DNA from: Trichoplax sp. H2
Taxonomy: Eukaryota
Assembly: GCA_003344405.1 (NCBI GenBank)
Contig: NOWV01000210.1
Coordinates: 62,001 to 126,000 of the forward strand
Direction of reading: 5' to 3'
Length of the DNA: 64,000 nucleotides
Shown: in pieces, positions 39,479 through 53,078 of the stretch
Numbering within the stretch: position 1 is the stretch's first letter
Layout of the letters: each line of letters begins with the position of its first letter
Made by a program: the position numbers and the translations under genes
The notes under the pieces: generated by a model
Seen by the model: the letters and a program-made list of their open reading frames with translations, nothing else
Told to the model about the DNA's origin: nothing
Databases searched by the model: none

Positions 39479-42400
39479 ATGGCTGATGAATATCAACCTT
39501 TGGTTGGCCATGATGGTCAGGAATCGGTCTCCGTCATCTCTCGTCGCAATAAATTAGTAGTCATGGTGCTGATGTCCACTGTTTACTTCTTAATCTCATC
39601 AGTCTATGCTCTGCTCTCGCCCTTTTTTCCACAAGTGGTATGCATAACCCAATGTTGATGATACTTTAACTGTCAGTAAAATAGTCATGCAAAATCAGCT
39701 CATAGTCAAATAAGTAGATAACTCGATAGCCCACAGTACTAGCAACAACTATCCGGTCAATAGTAGTTCGTCAAAGCAAAATTTGAATATTGGCTGATGA
39801 TTCATGACCGCAGTCGATCAATTCGATACTGTAGGCAGTTGATGGAAAATGCCGTACGTTCAAAGTAAAGTCTGAATGTTGTACCATGGACTCTTATAAT
39901 ACACGTAGACAGATGCATGGATGCGTCCATTTGTAGTCCACGGTTATGTAATGATTTACTACAATAATTAATTAATGATAGTACTCTATTCATGTAGGGT
40001 TGCCTAGAAGGAATTCGAGAATTAATGGGAAATGTTAATATTTACTGAGTTTGAGTGTCACTGTAGAGTGTATCAACTCATTACTAGTTACTTTAGAAGG
40101 ATAGAAATGGAGTTGTTAGGCTTGATAGTAACAAGACTATAATCTTCTTATTATATTCTGCGTCCGATAAAAATAAGTTAATGTTCACAAACAGCTTTGC
40201 AACAAGATAATGTAATGTACGATCAATAAGTCAATTCCTTGAACCACAAATCAAGGAACGATATCTGCACTATCAGGAACACTTTTGCTCTACTGGTAGA
40301 CTACACAAAGACTTAGATGCCTCATATTTTACGTTAAACACTAAGTTCAAGAATTAATTTTATTATACGATATACTGCAATTATATACTCTTCCTTAATA
40401 TAGCTATTAATTTCATTACATGCATATGTCACAGCCACAAAAAGCCAGTGCTATATTAAAATGCAGTATATCCAAATTAGAAGTTAACTAAATAAGGATA
40501 GGCTAACAAAATTATCCTAACATAGATATTTTTACTCTAATACTGTATGTAACACTATCACAGATAGCTAATAGATGGAGTGCAGAACATCGGTCAAAGA
40601 TGGTCATTGACTATGACTGTATCTTATGGGTTAAAGGAAAGTGTTTGTATATTGTGCAGTGAGTTATGATCCTGATACGTAGTCGAGTGGGATAGATTCT
40701 AGTCAGAAATTTCAATGTACATCACAGTACTTGATACAGTACATTGGTCCAACATTGGCATCGACTTGGACTATGTCTTATAGATTAAAGCTAAATGTTT
40801 CTATGTTGTACAATGATTTACGATCAGGATACGTAGTCGAGTGGGCTAGATTCTAGTCAGATAATTCAATGTACAGACAGTACTTGATGGAGTACATTGG
40901 CCAAACATTAACATTGACTTGGACTATGCCTTATAAATTCAAGCAAAGTATTTCTATGTTGTGCAATGATTTATGATCATGATACGTAATTGTGTAAGCT
41001 AGATTCTAGTCAGATAATTAAATGTACGGTACAGTGCTTGATGGAATGCATTGGTCAAACATCGATACTTGGACTGTATCTTGTACGTTAAAGATAGATG
41101 GAGTTCAATCGTCAAGATGTCATGAAATGGATTATATTGAAATAAACGAGGATTGCTAGACGTAGAAATGGAGTCACGGCTTTAGTGGAGTTTTATTAAC
41201 GTGATGTTTGCTATTATCCTACGAATTGCCTTGATAGATGAATTAGTAGTGTCGTTCTAATGTAGTGGAAATTAGCTAATAATTAACATATATAATGATA
41301 AGATAACAGGAAAATACAAATATAGGCCAACAGGTTAATGTTAATCTTTAATAAATCCATAAATCAGTCCAACTTGGCTAATTGTTGACGTCCTCTACCG
41401 AGTTTGTGCTGGATCTTGTTATGTTTTATAATACAGTATAACTAGAATTTTACACAACAAAATTTAAGGATCGAGTAAATATATTACACAATTTCAAATC
41501 ATTTATTATTCTGTTCATTCAAGTAATCTATGGATAATTATTCCCATATAGGCTAAAAGCAGAGGTGTCTCTCATACTGAAATTGGTCTTATTTTCGCTG
41601 TATATCCAATATTTACTCTACTTACTTCCCCCATATGTGGAATTTTGGTAAGGTGTTACTTATTGACACCGTGCAATCATGACATACATTGATGACGAAG
41701 ATATATAAACTATACCATTGCAGAATACAAAATTAATGAATTGATATATTGTACCTTTTAAGCAATACTAAATAGAAATATTGCTGATAATTTTAGCCAT
41801 ACTTTCCCTTGCTCCAAGTCATGCAAACATTTGATAAAGTAAATTTTTTTGGTGTACAACTTGTAGAAGATCAGTATCCTAGCAGTTAATGCAGTGTGTT
41901 AAGACAATCAGTTATTGTTAATTATAAAAACTAAAACTATACACAGTTTGTAGATATAACAATAATAACATTATGCCTATTGCCATAAAGTAGGTGACCT
42001 ACTAACTATATACATCATAGTTACCTCGCATAGGTGTCGTCTTTGCGTTATGGGCTGGAATAGCCATCGAAGCAGGCTGTAATATTCTTTTTGGGTAAGA
42101 CAACTGCGTCTAGAACAATATATACTTAAAATATTATTAAGACACTGATTAATTATAGTAATCGCCTATTCCTACACTGCACTGACTATATGACATACAC
42201 GTGCATATTTGTAGGATAACCGTGTCATAATAGATGAACGTTACTAAATTAAACTAAAAATGCTTTTCTTACCTTTTGTAATTTTTCATAGATTTCTACC
42301 TAGTGTGCTAGATCGTGGACTGTTTGTGGCGTTTTGTTTAATTATTAGATCAATTCAAGGCGTTGCGTCTGCTTGTTCTTTAATTGCTGCCTTAGCCATC

Positions 42401-44761
42401 GTATCATCCGTCTTTGCTGACAACGTTGCAACTGCCACGGTTAGTGATTAAGTGCAGTAATTTCTCATCCATGTCTATCTGATAGCCTTAGTTTAGTCTC
42501 GATAATTTTACTGGAATGTGTCTAATGTTATTCATATATCGATCCAAGATGTATGGTTTAATTCGTAATTATGTTGATGCATATCACAAGCCTTTTCAAA
42601 TGTCAGCGAGACATTTGGTAACCATTTCAGGATAATCTGCAATTGTAATATTCTATTTTTTCTTCGTATTCTTACATAGAGCACATTAGAAACATTTAGT
42701 GCTTTAGGATTAATGGCTGGACCCCCTATTGGTGGCCTACTATATCAGGTATTATACACAAATCAGTATCTATGCCAATTGCAAGGAAGTTATTTTATGA
42801 TCATCTTATTCAGGCTGGCGGCTTTAAACTGCCATTCATAGTGCTGGGGTCAGTTTCGCTGGTCATTGGATGTATTTCCATCTTCTTCATCCCTCGAATA
42901 GCATGTAATAGACTTTATTAAGAGAATACTCTCAATTTTTGTTAATCATTTTCGCCTTATTGTCATCTCCGTAGAATCAGCATAATATACGAGTATTTCT
43001 TAATCTTAAGCTGAATTATGTAACCTGTAGATGCTACCAGCTCACCTCCGTGGCGCTTAATGAAGCAACTAATTGTACATCCTAGAGTTATGATAATAAG
43101 TAAGATAGAAAACGGAAGCTTCTGCAATTTTAAACCTTTATTTTATTTATTCAGGAGTATTCTGAATATTTAGACAGAATGATTTTATTACATTCTCTTT
43201 CATATTTTGCCATACCACTTTTAAACAACTAGCGATCCAGAAATCAACAATATTGAAAAGTAAAGTCACTAATTGACACCTTTAAATTATTTAATTTTTA
43301 TAGGTTTTGGGGTAGCTTTACAAATGCTTGTTATAGGTTTCCTTGATCCGACACTATCGCTCCATCTAAAACCGGTCAGAACAAACTTTCTTCACAAAGT
43401 TTTTCTTATAATGGCGTAAATTGATTCCAAATTATATTCATTTGCAATGTCGTTCCATCTTGTCTATAGCTTAACCTAACAACATCACAAATTGGCTTTA
43501 TATTTCTTGCTCTACCTGCTGGTTATGGATTATTCAGTCCAGTATTTGGATACTTATCCGACCGTTTTGTTAGTTCAAAAAAGCAATTAAATATTTCATA
43601 TCTTCATACTTTATTACATTGAATAATGATAAATGTAAGATATTCCTAGATAATAGGAGAGCTTACTCAGTTTTAGTACGTTTGAGGATAATCTATACGT
43701 TTTACGGTAACAGGGATACCGACCATTTATAATCTTTGGCTCTATCGGAATGGGTATATCTCTACTATTTGTTGGACCAGCTCCATTTATTCGGATTAAG
43801 TTGTACGTTCTCAATTTTTTATTAGCATGATGAGGTACCGTAGTACCTAACGGATAGAACTTTATCCTCTATTTAGATCTATAGGTCAATCTGTTCCATC
43901 TCTACTAGCACTAGGAATTGCAGGCGCTGCTGCTATTACGACATCATTTGCCGATATCCTAGAAGTTGCAATGAAGGATTTGACGTATGGTCAACAATGA
44001 TTAGAATTCAGTTTCAATGTTCAGGTGTTCATGGCATTGGCGGTATATTAAGACGTATTGCTACTATCTTTAGGAATGATAATCCTGATGAAAGTAGTGA
44101 TTTTGTAATTCATTCCGTAGTTTCTGGACTTTTTACGACGGCTCTTTCTCTCGGGTATGCCTTCTGTTTGTGCATTAATCATAATTATCAAGAAATGTAA
44201 TCTTACTTCATTAGAACCTAGAATTACACTTTAACAATTAATAGTTTCAGAAATTAACAACTGTTGTAATGAATCACTACTAGCCAAGTTGTAGGACCCA
44301 TCGTAGGAGGGATTTTCACTTCCTTATCTCAAACATCATTTGACCGAACAGCTATGGTGAGATTCATCTTATTCATTCCGCAACTATTTCAATGCTAAGA
44401 TCTAAAAGCTCATTAGACTGAATGAGTAGTTATCATCCTTGATTTAATTAATATACATTTTTAAACTGCAATGCGCTTATATAGGGAATAGGCTTTGCTA
44501 TCATGACCCAGGTAAGTGTAATCTTCTATTAACTATTGATTTTTCACCGCAAATATATGTTCTACAATTTTGTAAGATTTGTGTAATCAAGCTCGAACCT
44601 TAATTTTCACGATTAAATAATATAAAAATTGAACAAGCGGTCCAATAACTTAGTATAAAGAAAACTTACTGATGCCTATTTTACATTTAAATTGATAATG
44701 GTACTACTTCTAGGGATTGATAGTACTCATTTTAACTGTTTCTGAAAAATTTTCACGCTGA
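39479..44761 (+). CDS. SLC18B1: SLC18B1 / vesicular polyamine transporter-like MFS protein, multi-exon
   Basis: The spliced protein reads MADEYQPL...YALLSPFFPQV|AKSRGVSHTEIGLIFAVYP...FCLIIRSIQGVASA...STLETFSALGLMAGPPIGGLLYQ|AGGFKLPFIVLG...GFLDPTLSLHL...VVSGLFTTALSLG|QVVGPIVGG. There is a 27-nt penultimate exon and TGA at 44759-44761. Confidence 0.9.
40630..41095. repeat. ~154-bp tandem repeat, 3 copies plus a degenerate upstream copy, in SLC18B1 intron 1
   Basis: gatacgta...tagattctagtcaga...cagtacttgat...acttggact starts at 40674, 40828 and 40981. Confidence 0.9.
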
Positions 44762-47700
44762 AACTCAAGGTAAATTGGTTACAGCTAACGAATCGACATT
44801 TAAATTTTTACTAAAAATATTACAGTTACTTGCATGGAGATTCTACTACTCTTTCGATAAGTCTATATGTTCATTAAATTGTCATATCTACTTCTTTTCT
44901 AGGAATAATCACTTATAGACAAACTCGAATATTGGTAACAATTAAGGTTATTTTATTATACTAGATAATAAGTGAATAAAACTTGTATGGAATGTTTCTC
45001 CACCTTTTATTTATCCTACCGACATTTGTAGAAATGGAATTATTTTATTTATAATATCCTGCATAGGACTCAAAACTCAATTTTAAGCTATCTACTGTGT
45101 CTGTGCGCTGTGTCTGTACAACATAATATTCATGATGCTTTACCTTTTAGTTAATAGATTTGAAGGTTCTAAGTGCCCTTTAACGGAAACGATCATGAAG
45201 ACAAAATTGTTACTTTATGCCAAAGTTAAATTGGCTTTGGCATACTAGGAGATATTTGAGGCTCTGAACGGTTAATCCATCTTCGATTACTAAAAGGCTG
45301 CCATATATTTATTCGGATAGTTGGATTTAAGCATTCTCTGAAGACCTGCGAATGATACCGTCTGATGATTTTAAACAGCTAATTCTATTGCACTCTATCT
45401 TGTAAGTTTTAAACTTTGTTATTATCGCTAAATTACTATCAATCATATTTATAAGGATTCTAATAAGTCACAATTCATTTCCTTTGTGCTGGGAGTGAAA
45501 ATAACTTAGAAGATTATATCATATAAAAATCGTTTATAATACAAACTTATGTCTACTGGTGTGGATAAACAGTTTTAAATTAAACGACTTGTGTGAAACT
45601 TATAAAGTGTACACAATAATAGAAGTTTATTAGATTGTACTTTTTGATAAGTTGCAATAATTAATTAATTTAAGCCGAAAGTGTGAAGGCAAATCTAGTG
45701 CTACGAAATTCAAAAATTGATCAGAAAAGAGCAAAATAAAAGCTGGGTTCAACGGAATATTCGTATTTCTGATAGTTCATCAGAGATTTTGATGCTAGAT
45801 TATTTATCAAATTTTTTACATATTGTATTGTTCCACGTAGATAATTAAGTTAGATTGCTGTATTTTAACAACAGCTATAATGTAACAAAATTATACTTGT
45901 CACAATCAATGCAAACGATCGCATTATTTTATCAGCTTTCTTCTACTACGTAAATTAATTAATATAATGCATGCTGCAGTGATTTGCGCATCCCATGTAG
46001 TATCTGGAAGATAGACGCTTCATAGTTATCAATAATATTTATGTGCAATCAAATTGCATATCCTAGTAATTCTTGCCTCTGAATATATATCGGAAATCCA
46101 GGAGTCCAGTTACCGTTAAATTCCAAATAAATCCATATCATAGCTGTATCTATTAATGATAATTATTTCATTCACTTGCACACTGCAAAACAGCTCGCGC
46201 AGCAAAGTGCAATAGTCTTTTAAAGAGAAATTTCTTGACAGCAGCGTATTCATGAGTTCGTACTATTACAGCATCAATGAAAGGCTTCTTACCTGTTAAA
46301 ATCTGACATGTATGTCTAATACAATTCATTTTTGTAACAAGTGCACGACATAAAAACCTTAAGTTTTTCAAAGAAAACTATTTGGTCTAATTTATTTTGA
46401 TGTACTAACACGTATAAAGGGAAAGTTCATTTATTTAAAATTCGAAAAAAAAGTCTGAAAAATAGTTTGTCTGCAGCAGTAGCTCAATACTGTGTCTTCA
46501 CTTATATGGTTTCTACTCAAATGAAAGTAATGGTTGGGTACTTGTTTTATGTAGTAGATTTGATCTTAAAGAGCATAAAGTCAAGAAAATTGAACAGATG
46601 AACTAGCATTTAATATCGATTTAATCGCAGTAGGATAATAAACAACTTTAAATAATTATATCAACATTTAATCTCAATTTTGATAGATAGTTGTGTAGCT
46701 ATTGCCAGTACTAAAGCTAAAATCTGCTAATTCATCAACCTTAGTCACATCGTTATTATAATCATTTTACATAAATTTTCGTGGCGATCATATTATTTAT
46801 CGATATCTTCATTTTCTGAATTAGCTAACGTACTATTTGAATTTGCTACTGTCACAATTTCACTTCTGCGACAAGGTAACGTACAGTAAAAGTCTATAAG
46901 TAGCTACTGACTTAAACGCCCTTTTACTTAACGTTAAATACACACAGCAAAAGACTGTAAAGATGAAGCTTTTATTAGCAAAGATACGTCTACAACTTTT
47001 TACCACCCTCTCAACTTAAATGTTCCTGTTTATATAGGAACCGTCTAATTTGTAAACAACAACAGTATTATTATTGTACCTTACTAGGAGAATCATCTCG
47101 AACTAAGATGCTCCTTACGTAGCTTTTCTATCAGTAAATATTTTGAATCTCTTACTCATACTTAATCTTAATCTAAGCTCGTAGGTTGTCTAATTCAACT
47201 ATCATCAACTAGAACTTGAATCATCCTACTGCTATCTATCACACAATAACAATCAATATCAAATATGTAATGAACTATTACAAACAACATCCACGTTAAG
47301 GTATTACTTATCTTACCTAGCACTACAAATATGGATATTCTCCATACTAGTTACTTCTGTACTTATTAAACTATCCTAATGACAAGGCAACACCATAACA
47401 GCTACTCAGTATCTTGTCATCTACTGTATGATAGTTGCAAGTTGGCCCAACCATTCGAAACTGATCATCGATGCATAAAAGACTGATGTCTATCTTCTAT
47501 CGGAGCCCTTACTAAGGTATCTAGTGGATGCACTGTATCTATATATTGGTACTGTGTCAGTAACTTCATTTAGTTTCCTTCGAAGTCTCCCGCTAAAGGA
47601 ACGAATAAATTAATTTAGGTGAAACTTATTAGCTGTCTTTATTTTGAAAAAAAGTTAAAGTTGATTACACGGCACACATTATTCCGTTTACTACGTACTA

Positions 47701-47969
47701 GATTAGCTTACACTAAATATCACGGGAAATTGTATTTTGAACCTATTGACTGCTCTATTAAGATACACAGTAAAATTGGTTCATAAAATTTAATACAGAT
47801 TAATGGAACTGCACTAAAAGATGCAGTATTTGTTCCAAATAGATTCATCAGCAGCATTGTTGATTTAATTTATAATATAATAATAAAGCAAACAGTTTAA
47901 TAAAGTTGCGGTGAACAGAAGACCATTTCTCATGGAATAATTCGAAAATTGGATATAGAAGCTCAGCAA

Positions 47970-50514
47970 AATATGTAGATAACAACTAGTTGTGAACCAG
48001 GTAAGATGTAGTAGAACCAGAAATGTCATAGATAGTAATTGTAATCAGAGCTCAGTTATTATGAATACATTTAGTCGGATATAGGATTGAGAACATAATG
48101 GTAATTTAATAGTTAACAACTAAAGCCACATAACAAATTTGTACGAGCCTTAGTCAAAGCCATCCTGATTCTTAAAATGTGAAACACTTTTCAAAATGTA
48201 GCGACATCAACTATTGTTTGTACTACGCTTCATCAATGTCTTAAATTATTACTAACTTCCTCCGAAAAATATACTTTGATTGGTAAGAAGGATAGTTACT
48301 ACAGTACAGTAGTACTCGCATTTATCATATTTTGTTATCCTGATATCAAAGATATTATATTATCTACTTATTTTGAAATATTTTTGATAGATAAAAAGTA
48401 TATATATCAGGTTTTCACTCTTTGAAGATATGCAGATACTAAAAATTAATTTATTGTTTATTTGTGTTGCACTGATATCTAAAACTATTATGCAATTGCT
48501 TTAACATCAGAGTAATTGATAATAAGGATAGTCGATATGTTATATTAATAGCTAAAAATTTTAATTGCTTACTCTAACAATGCAGTTTTATTGACAGCAA
48601 GCGCATCCAAGTATTCTCTATTAGTGATATTAATGATACTCATTACAAATATTTAATTTTTTCAAGTTATAGAGCAGTCTAAAACTATTATCTATATGCT
48701 CCGAAATACAGTTTATTTGATAATGAAAACTCTTGTATACAAGTATTCTACTGCATTGACCTATATTGTCTCCTAAACTATTATCTGTTTGTTTCTGAAA
48801 TACAATTTAAGAGATAATAAACGTTTGTAAGTATTTTACCCTATGATGCTCTATCGATATCGAAAATTTTTATCTACTTCTCTTCAAATATGGCTTAAGT
48901 GATAGTTAAGACGCTCGGACACAAGTACTCTACCGTATTACGATAAGCTGATATCTAAACCATTATTTATTTGTTCTGAAAATATAGCTTAATTTCTAAT
49001 ATGAACGTACAAGAATTCTGCTGTATTATCATAAGCTAATNNNNNNNNNNNNNNNNNNNNAATATGTAGATAACAACTAGTTGTGAACCAGGTAAGATGT
49101 AGTAGAACCAGAAATGTCATAGATAGTAATTGTAATCAGAGCTCAGTTATTATGAATACATTTAGTCGGATATAGGATTGAGAACATAATGGTAATTTAA
49201 TAGTTAACAACTAAAGCCACATAACAATTTTGTACGAGCCTTAGTCAAAGCCATCCTGATTCTTAAAATGTGAAACACTTTTCAAAATGTAGCGACATCA
49301 ACTATTGTTTGTACTACGCTTCATCAATGTCTTAAATTATTACTAACTTCCTCCGAAAAATATACTTTGATTGGTAAGAAGGATAGTTACTACAGTACAG
49401 TAGTACTCGCATTTATCATATTTTGTTATCCTGATATCAAAGATATTATATTATCTACTTATTTTGAAATATTTTTGATAGATATGTTATATTAATAGCT
49501 AAAAATTTTAATTGCTTACTCTAACAATGCAGTTTTATTGACAGCAAGCGCATCCAAGTATTCTCTATTAGTGATATTAATGATACTCATTACAAATATT
49601 TAATTTTTTCAAGTTATAGAGCAGTCTAAAACTATTATCTATATGCTCCGAAATACAGTTTATTTGATAATGAAAACTCTTGTATACAAGTATTCTACTG
49701 CATTGACCTATATTGTCTCCTAAACTATTATCTGTTTGTTTCTGAAATACAATTTAAGAGATAATAAACGTTTGTAAGTATTTTACCCTATGATGCTCTA
49801 TCGATATCGAAAATTTTTATCTACTTCTCTTCAAATATGGCTTAAGTGATAGTTAAGACGCTCGGACACAAGTACTCTACCGTATTACGATAAGCTGATA
49901 TCTAAACCATTATTTATTTGTTCTGAAAATATTGCTTAATTTCTAATATGAATGTACAAGAATTCTGCTGTATTATCATAAGCTAATNNNNNNNNNNNNN
50001 NNNNNNNGATATGTTATATTAATAGCTAAAAATTTTAATTGCTTACTCTAACAATGCAGTTTTATTGACAGCAAGCGCATCCAAGTATTCTCTATTAGTG
50101 ATATTAATGATACTCATTACAAATATTTAATTTTTTCAAGTTATAGAGCAGTCTAAAACTATTATCTATATGCTCCGAAATACAGTTTATTTGATAATGA
50201 AAACTCTTGTATACAAGTATTCTACTGCATTGACCTATATTGTCTCCTAAACTATTATCTGTTTGTTTCTGAAATACAATTTAAGAGATAATAAACGTTT
50301 GTAAGTATTTTACCCTATGATGCTCTATCGATATCGAAAATTTTTATCTACTTCTCTTCAAATATGGCTTAAGTGATAGTTAAGACGCTCGGACACAAGT
50401 ACTCTACCGTATTACGATAAGCTGATATCTAAACCATTATTTATTTGTTCTGAAAATATAGCTTAATTTCTAATATGAACGTACAAGAATTCTGCTGTAT
50501 TATCATAAGCTAAT
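47970..50514. repeat. Near-identical segment repeated across two N gaps (47970-49040, 49061-49987, 50008-50514), containing an internal ~90-bp degenerate repeat
   Basis: The copies match directly. Copy 2 lacks ~144 bp (48390-48533 of copy 1) and has a few SNPs. The copies abut the 20-N gaps. Confidence 0.9.
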
Positions 50515-52061
50515 ATCAAAAACTATTATCTACCTATTCTAAAAATAAAGTTTGATTGATTTTGGGATAGAAAAAAACGTAGATAAGCTTACTTTAATTT
50601 ATACATATAAATGCTGCGTGTCTATGTTTGGTGCATTCATCTCTATCAAAGTGGGGCTAGTTTTTATCGTTGTAATAAATTTATTCAATGTAACTTTTCA
50701 GCAAAAAAATAATTTATACATTCAGTCAATGATTAAGGAAATCGACTAATAGCAGATATCATGTAACCACAATAGAACCTTTTATCCAGAGATAGGCAAA
50801 GAATCAAATTGCGTACAATTTTTATTATAGAAACAATAGCATTTTTTTTAATACTATTTAGGAGTAATGAAGAAATACTAGATTTATGGGCGGCAAGTAT
50901 TAAGTGAAGAGACTAAAATTATTGAATACTGGCACGAATTCTCTGTGATAAGAGCTATAAGAATAGTAATATAATTGATTTTAGAGAATTGCTTAAGAAA
51001 TGCATAATGGAACATTTCAAATTTTATTTTCTAGGTACGATATAATTTATTCTGTGTGTGATATATCCTACTTTGGAAAAAGAAATTTGAAACACGAATA
51101 GATGAGTATATAAACTTTTAAGATACTAGTACGAATATTTCAATCCAAGATGAATTCTAAGACAGCCAAATGAAATACGAATAAACCATTTATTGAACAT
51201 ATCTGGAGTTTGGCGGTCTCGAATAAAAAATTTGATAACTATTGTAATTTTAACTGTATTTTAAGATAAAATTAAATCTTCATTTAGGATTAACAAAATT
51301 TTATCATTAACTTTTATTGAATACGATTGAATTAAATTAAATCTCATTAATTAATAGATAGACTTCCTTCGATCTAAATTACGATTAAAGCCTAGGAGGT
51401 AAATTGAGAATGACGATATTGATTGATTAGGATTGGTTACTTTCAAAATATAATAAGACGATTAATCTTAATGGAATTGATATTTTATCACTGAAGATTA
51501 CGTTAAACGATTTATATTGTAGTTTAGAAGTGAAAGCAAAAAGCACTATTTACTTGTTCATGCAAGGTTAGCTTGATACCTATTGTTTGTGTTTTAGCCA
51601 GCAAACACATATAATGTCCAAAAAGTTCTACGTTAGAGCTTTAAATGATATGGGTGAATGTAGACGCAAAACACAATGGAAAATTTTATTTTAAAGGAAT
51701 AACTATAATTAAAGAAGCTCTTCTAATTGCATTTTACATTTAATAGAGCGTTCAAAAATCAAGAGAAGCATCCAATTAAGTATCTCATAAATCGATCAAT
51801 ACGATACTAATGATTTGATGAGAAGTAGCATGATTATTACAAATTGGCCTTATATGGCACTCTTATATAAAATCCATGCATTAGAATTCGTTATTTACGC
51901 ATGAAAAGTATCATATGTTTCGATTAGGTAGGTATCCCAATTATACCCAGGAGGTTATAGCCGCGAAATTCTTTCATGTATGAAAAACAAAAGTTAACCT
52001 TTGCTGTCATTTTCTAGATTATATGGATTGAAAATAAAGGAATGGAATCGAGATGATATCT

Positions 52062-53078
52062 TTAGGAATATTCTGGGTAGATAGATCGAGAGCTCTTGTA
52101 TGAATTTTGGCAAATTCTACTAGTTAATTTTTTATAGATCTCTGACCGTAAAGTTGGGGTAAAATAAGCGTATAGTAGTGGACTGATTGCAGGATAAGCT
52201 AAACTCAAATAACGAAAAATCTCCCCTAACTGGATATTTAATTTATCTAAACCTAAATGGACTGTAGGAAAGAGGATAGCATATTGAATTAAAGCGGGCA
52301 ACCAAAATGCCATAAAAAATCCAATTAAAATAGCTGTATAAGTAATAGCACGCAAATTACGTCTTATCACAGACGCGGGCATAAAATTAGACTGTGCTAA
52401 AATTTCATTACGACGTTGAGTATGGATATTAACAATCCATAATATCCTTGAATAAACGACGCATAACATAAATAATGGTAGGTAGAAGAGCATGATAAAA
52501 GCAACAAGAGTATAAATATGAAAAGAACGGGTATTAAGCTGATCGCTGCATTTGCCGATAACGGGAACCAAAAAGGTACAAAGTGGTATGAAAGCGATAA
52601 TAAAGCTAATAACCCATGCAGCAAGTATTGAGGTTCGAACTATGATTGGCGCTTGAGGCATATTATAATGAAATGGGAAGATGACGCAGCAGTATCGATC
52701 TAAACTAACTAATACTAAATGTAAGTTGAAATTAATAATTAAAGCAGAACCAACTAGGGGCAGAATTTGGCAAGCATAGCTATTAAATAACCGCCAAGGT
52801 ACAAACATAACCCAACGCGGAAATAAATACACTAAAGCATAAACGATTCCAACGCAGAACATGCTAGCCAAGATCCAATTTGACATAGTATGCAATTTAC
52901 GTTCAAAAATTATGAAGCATAGCATGACAGTGTTAGTAAGAGTAGTTGTAGCAGTAATAGCACCGTAAACATAAATTGTACCGAAGTAAGCCTGTCGTAT
53001 GGTACCATTTCCAGTTTGGTTTCCATCACTAGGTGGCAATGTTGTCACATTAATTGCAGTTGTTGTTAAAGCATCCAT
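52062..53078 (-). CDS. Intronless class A (rhodopsin-like) GPCR, orphan
   Basis: A 338-aa ORF with 7 hydrophobic segments, N-terminal NxT/S sequons, C3.25, SLDRY, W4.50 (AAWVIS), FYLP, FWLP and an NPxxY-like SPLLY. Confidence 0.93.
   Translation of the reverse strand: MDALTTTAINVTTLPPSDGNQTGNGTIRQAYFGTIYVYGAITATTTLTNTVMLCFIIFERKLHTMSNWILASMFCVGIVYALVYLFPRWVMFVPWRLFNSYACQILPLVGSALIINFNLHLVLVSLDRYCCVIFPFHYNMPQAPIIVRTSILAAWVISFIIAFIPLCTFLVPVIGKCSDQLNTRSFHIYTLVAFIMLFYLPLFMLCVVYSRILWIVNIHTQRRNEILAQSNFMPASVIRRNLRAITYTAILIGFFMAFWLPALIQYAILFPTVHLGLDKLNIQLGEIFRYLSLAYPAISPLLYAYFTPTLRSEIYKKLTSRICQNSYKSSRSIYPEYS

Noticed and set aside
44759..44761. Sec recoding of the SLC18B1 TGA
   Set aside because: No SECIS was recognised downstream and this family has no known Sec position.
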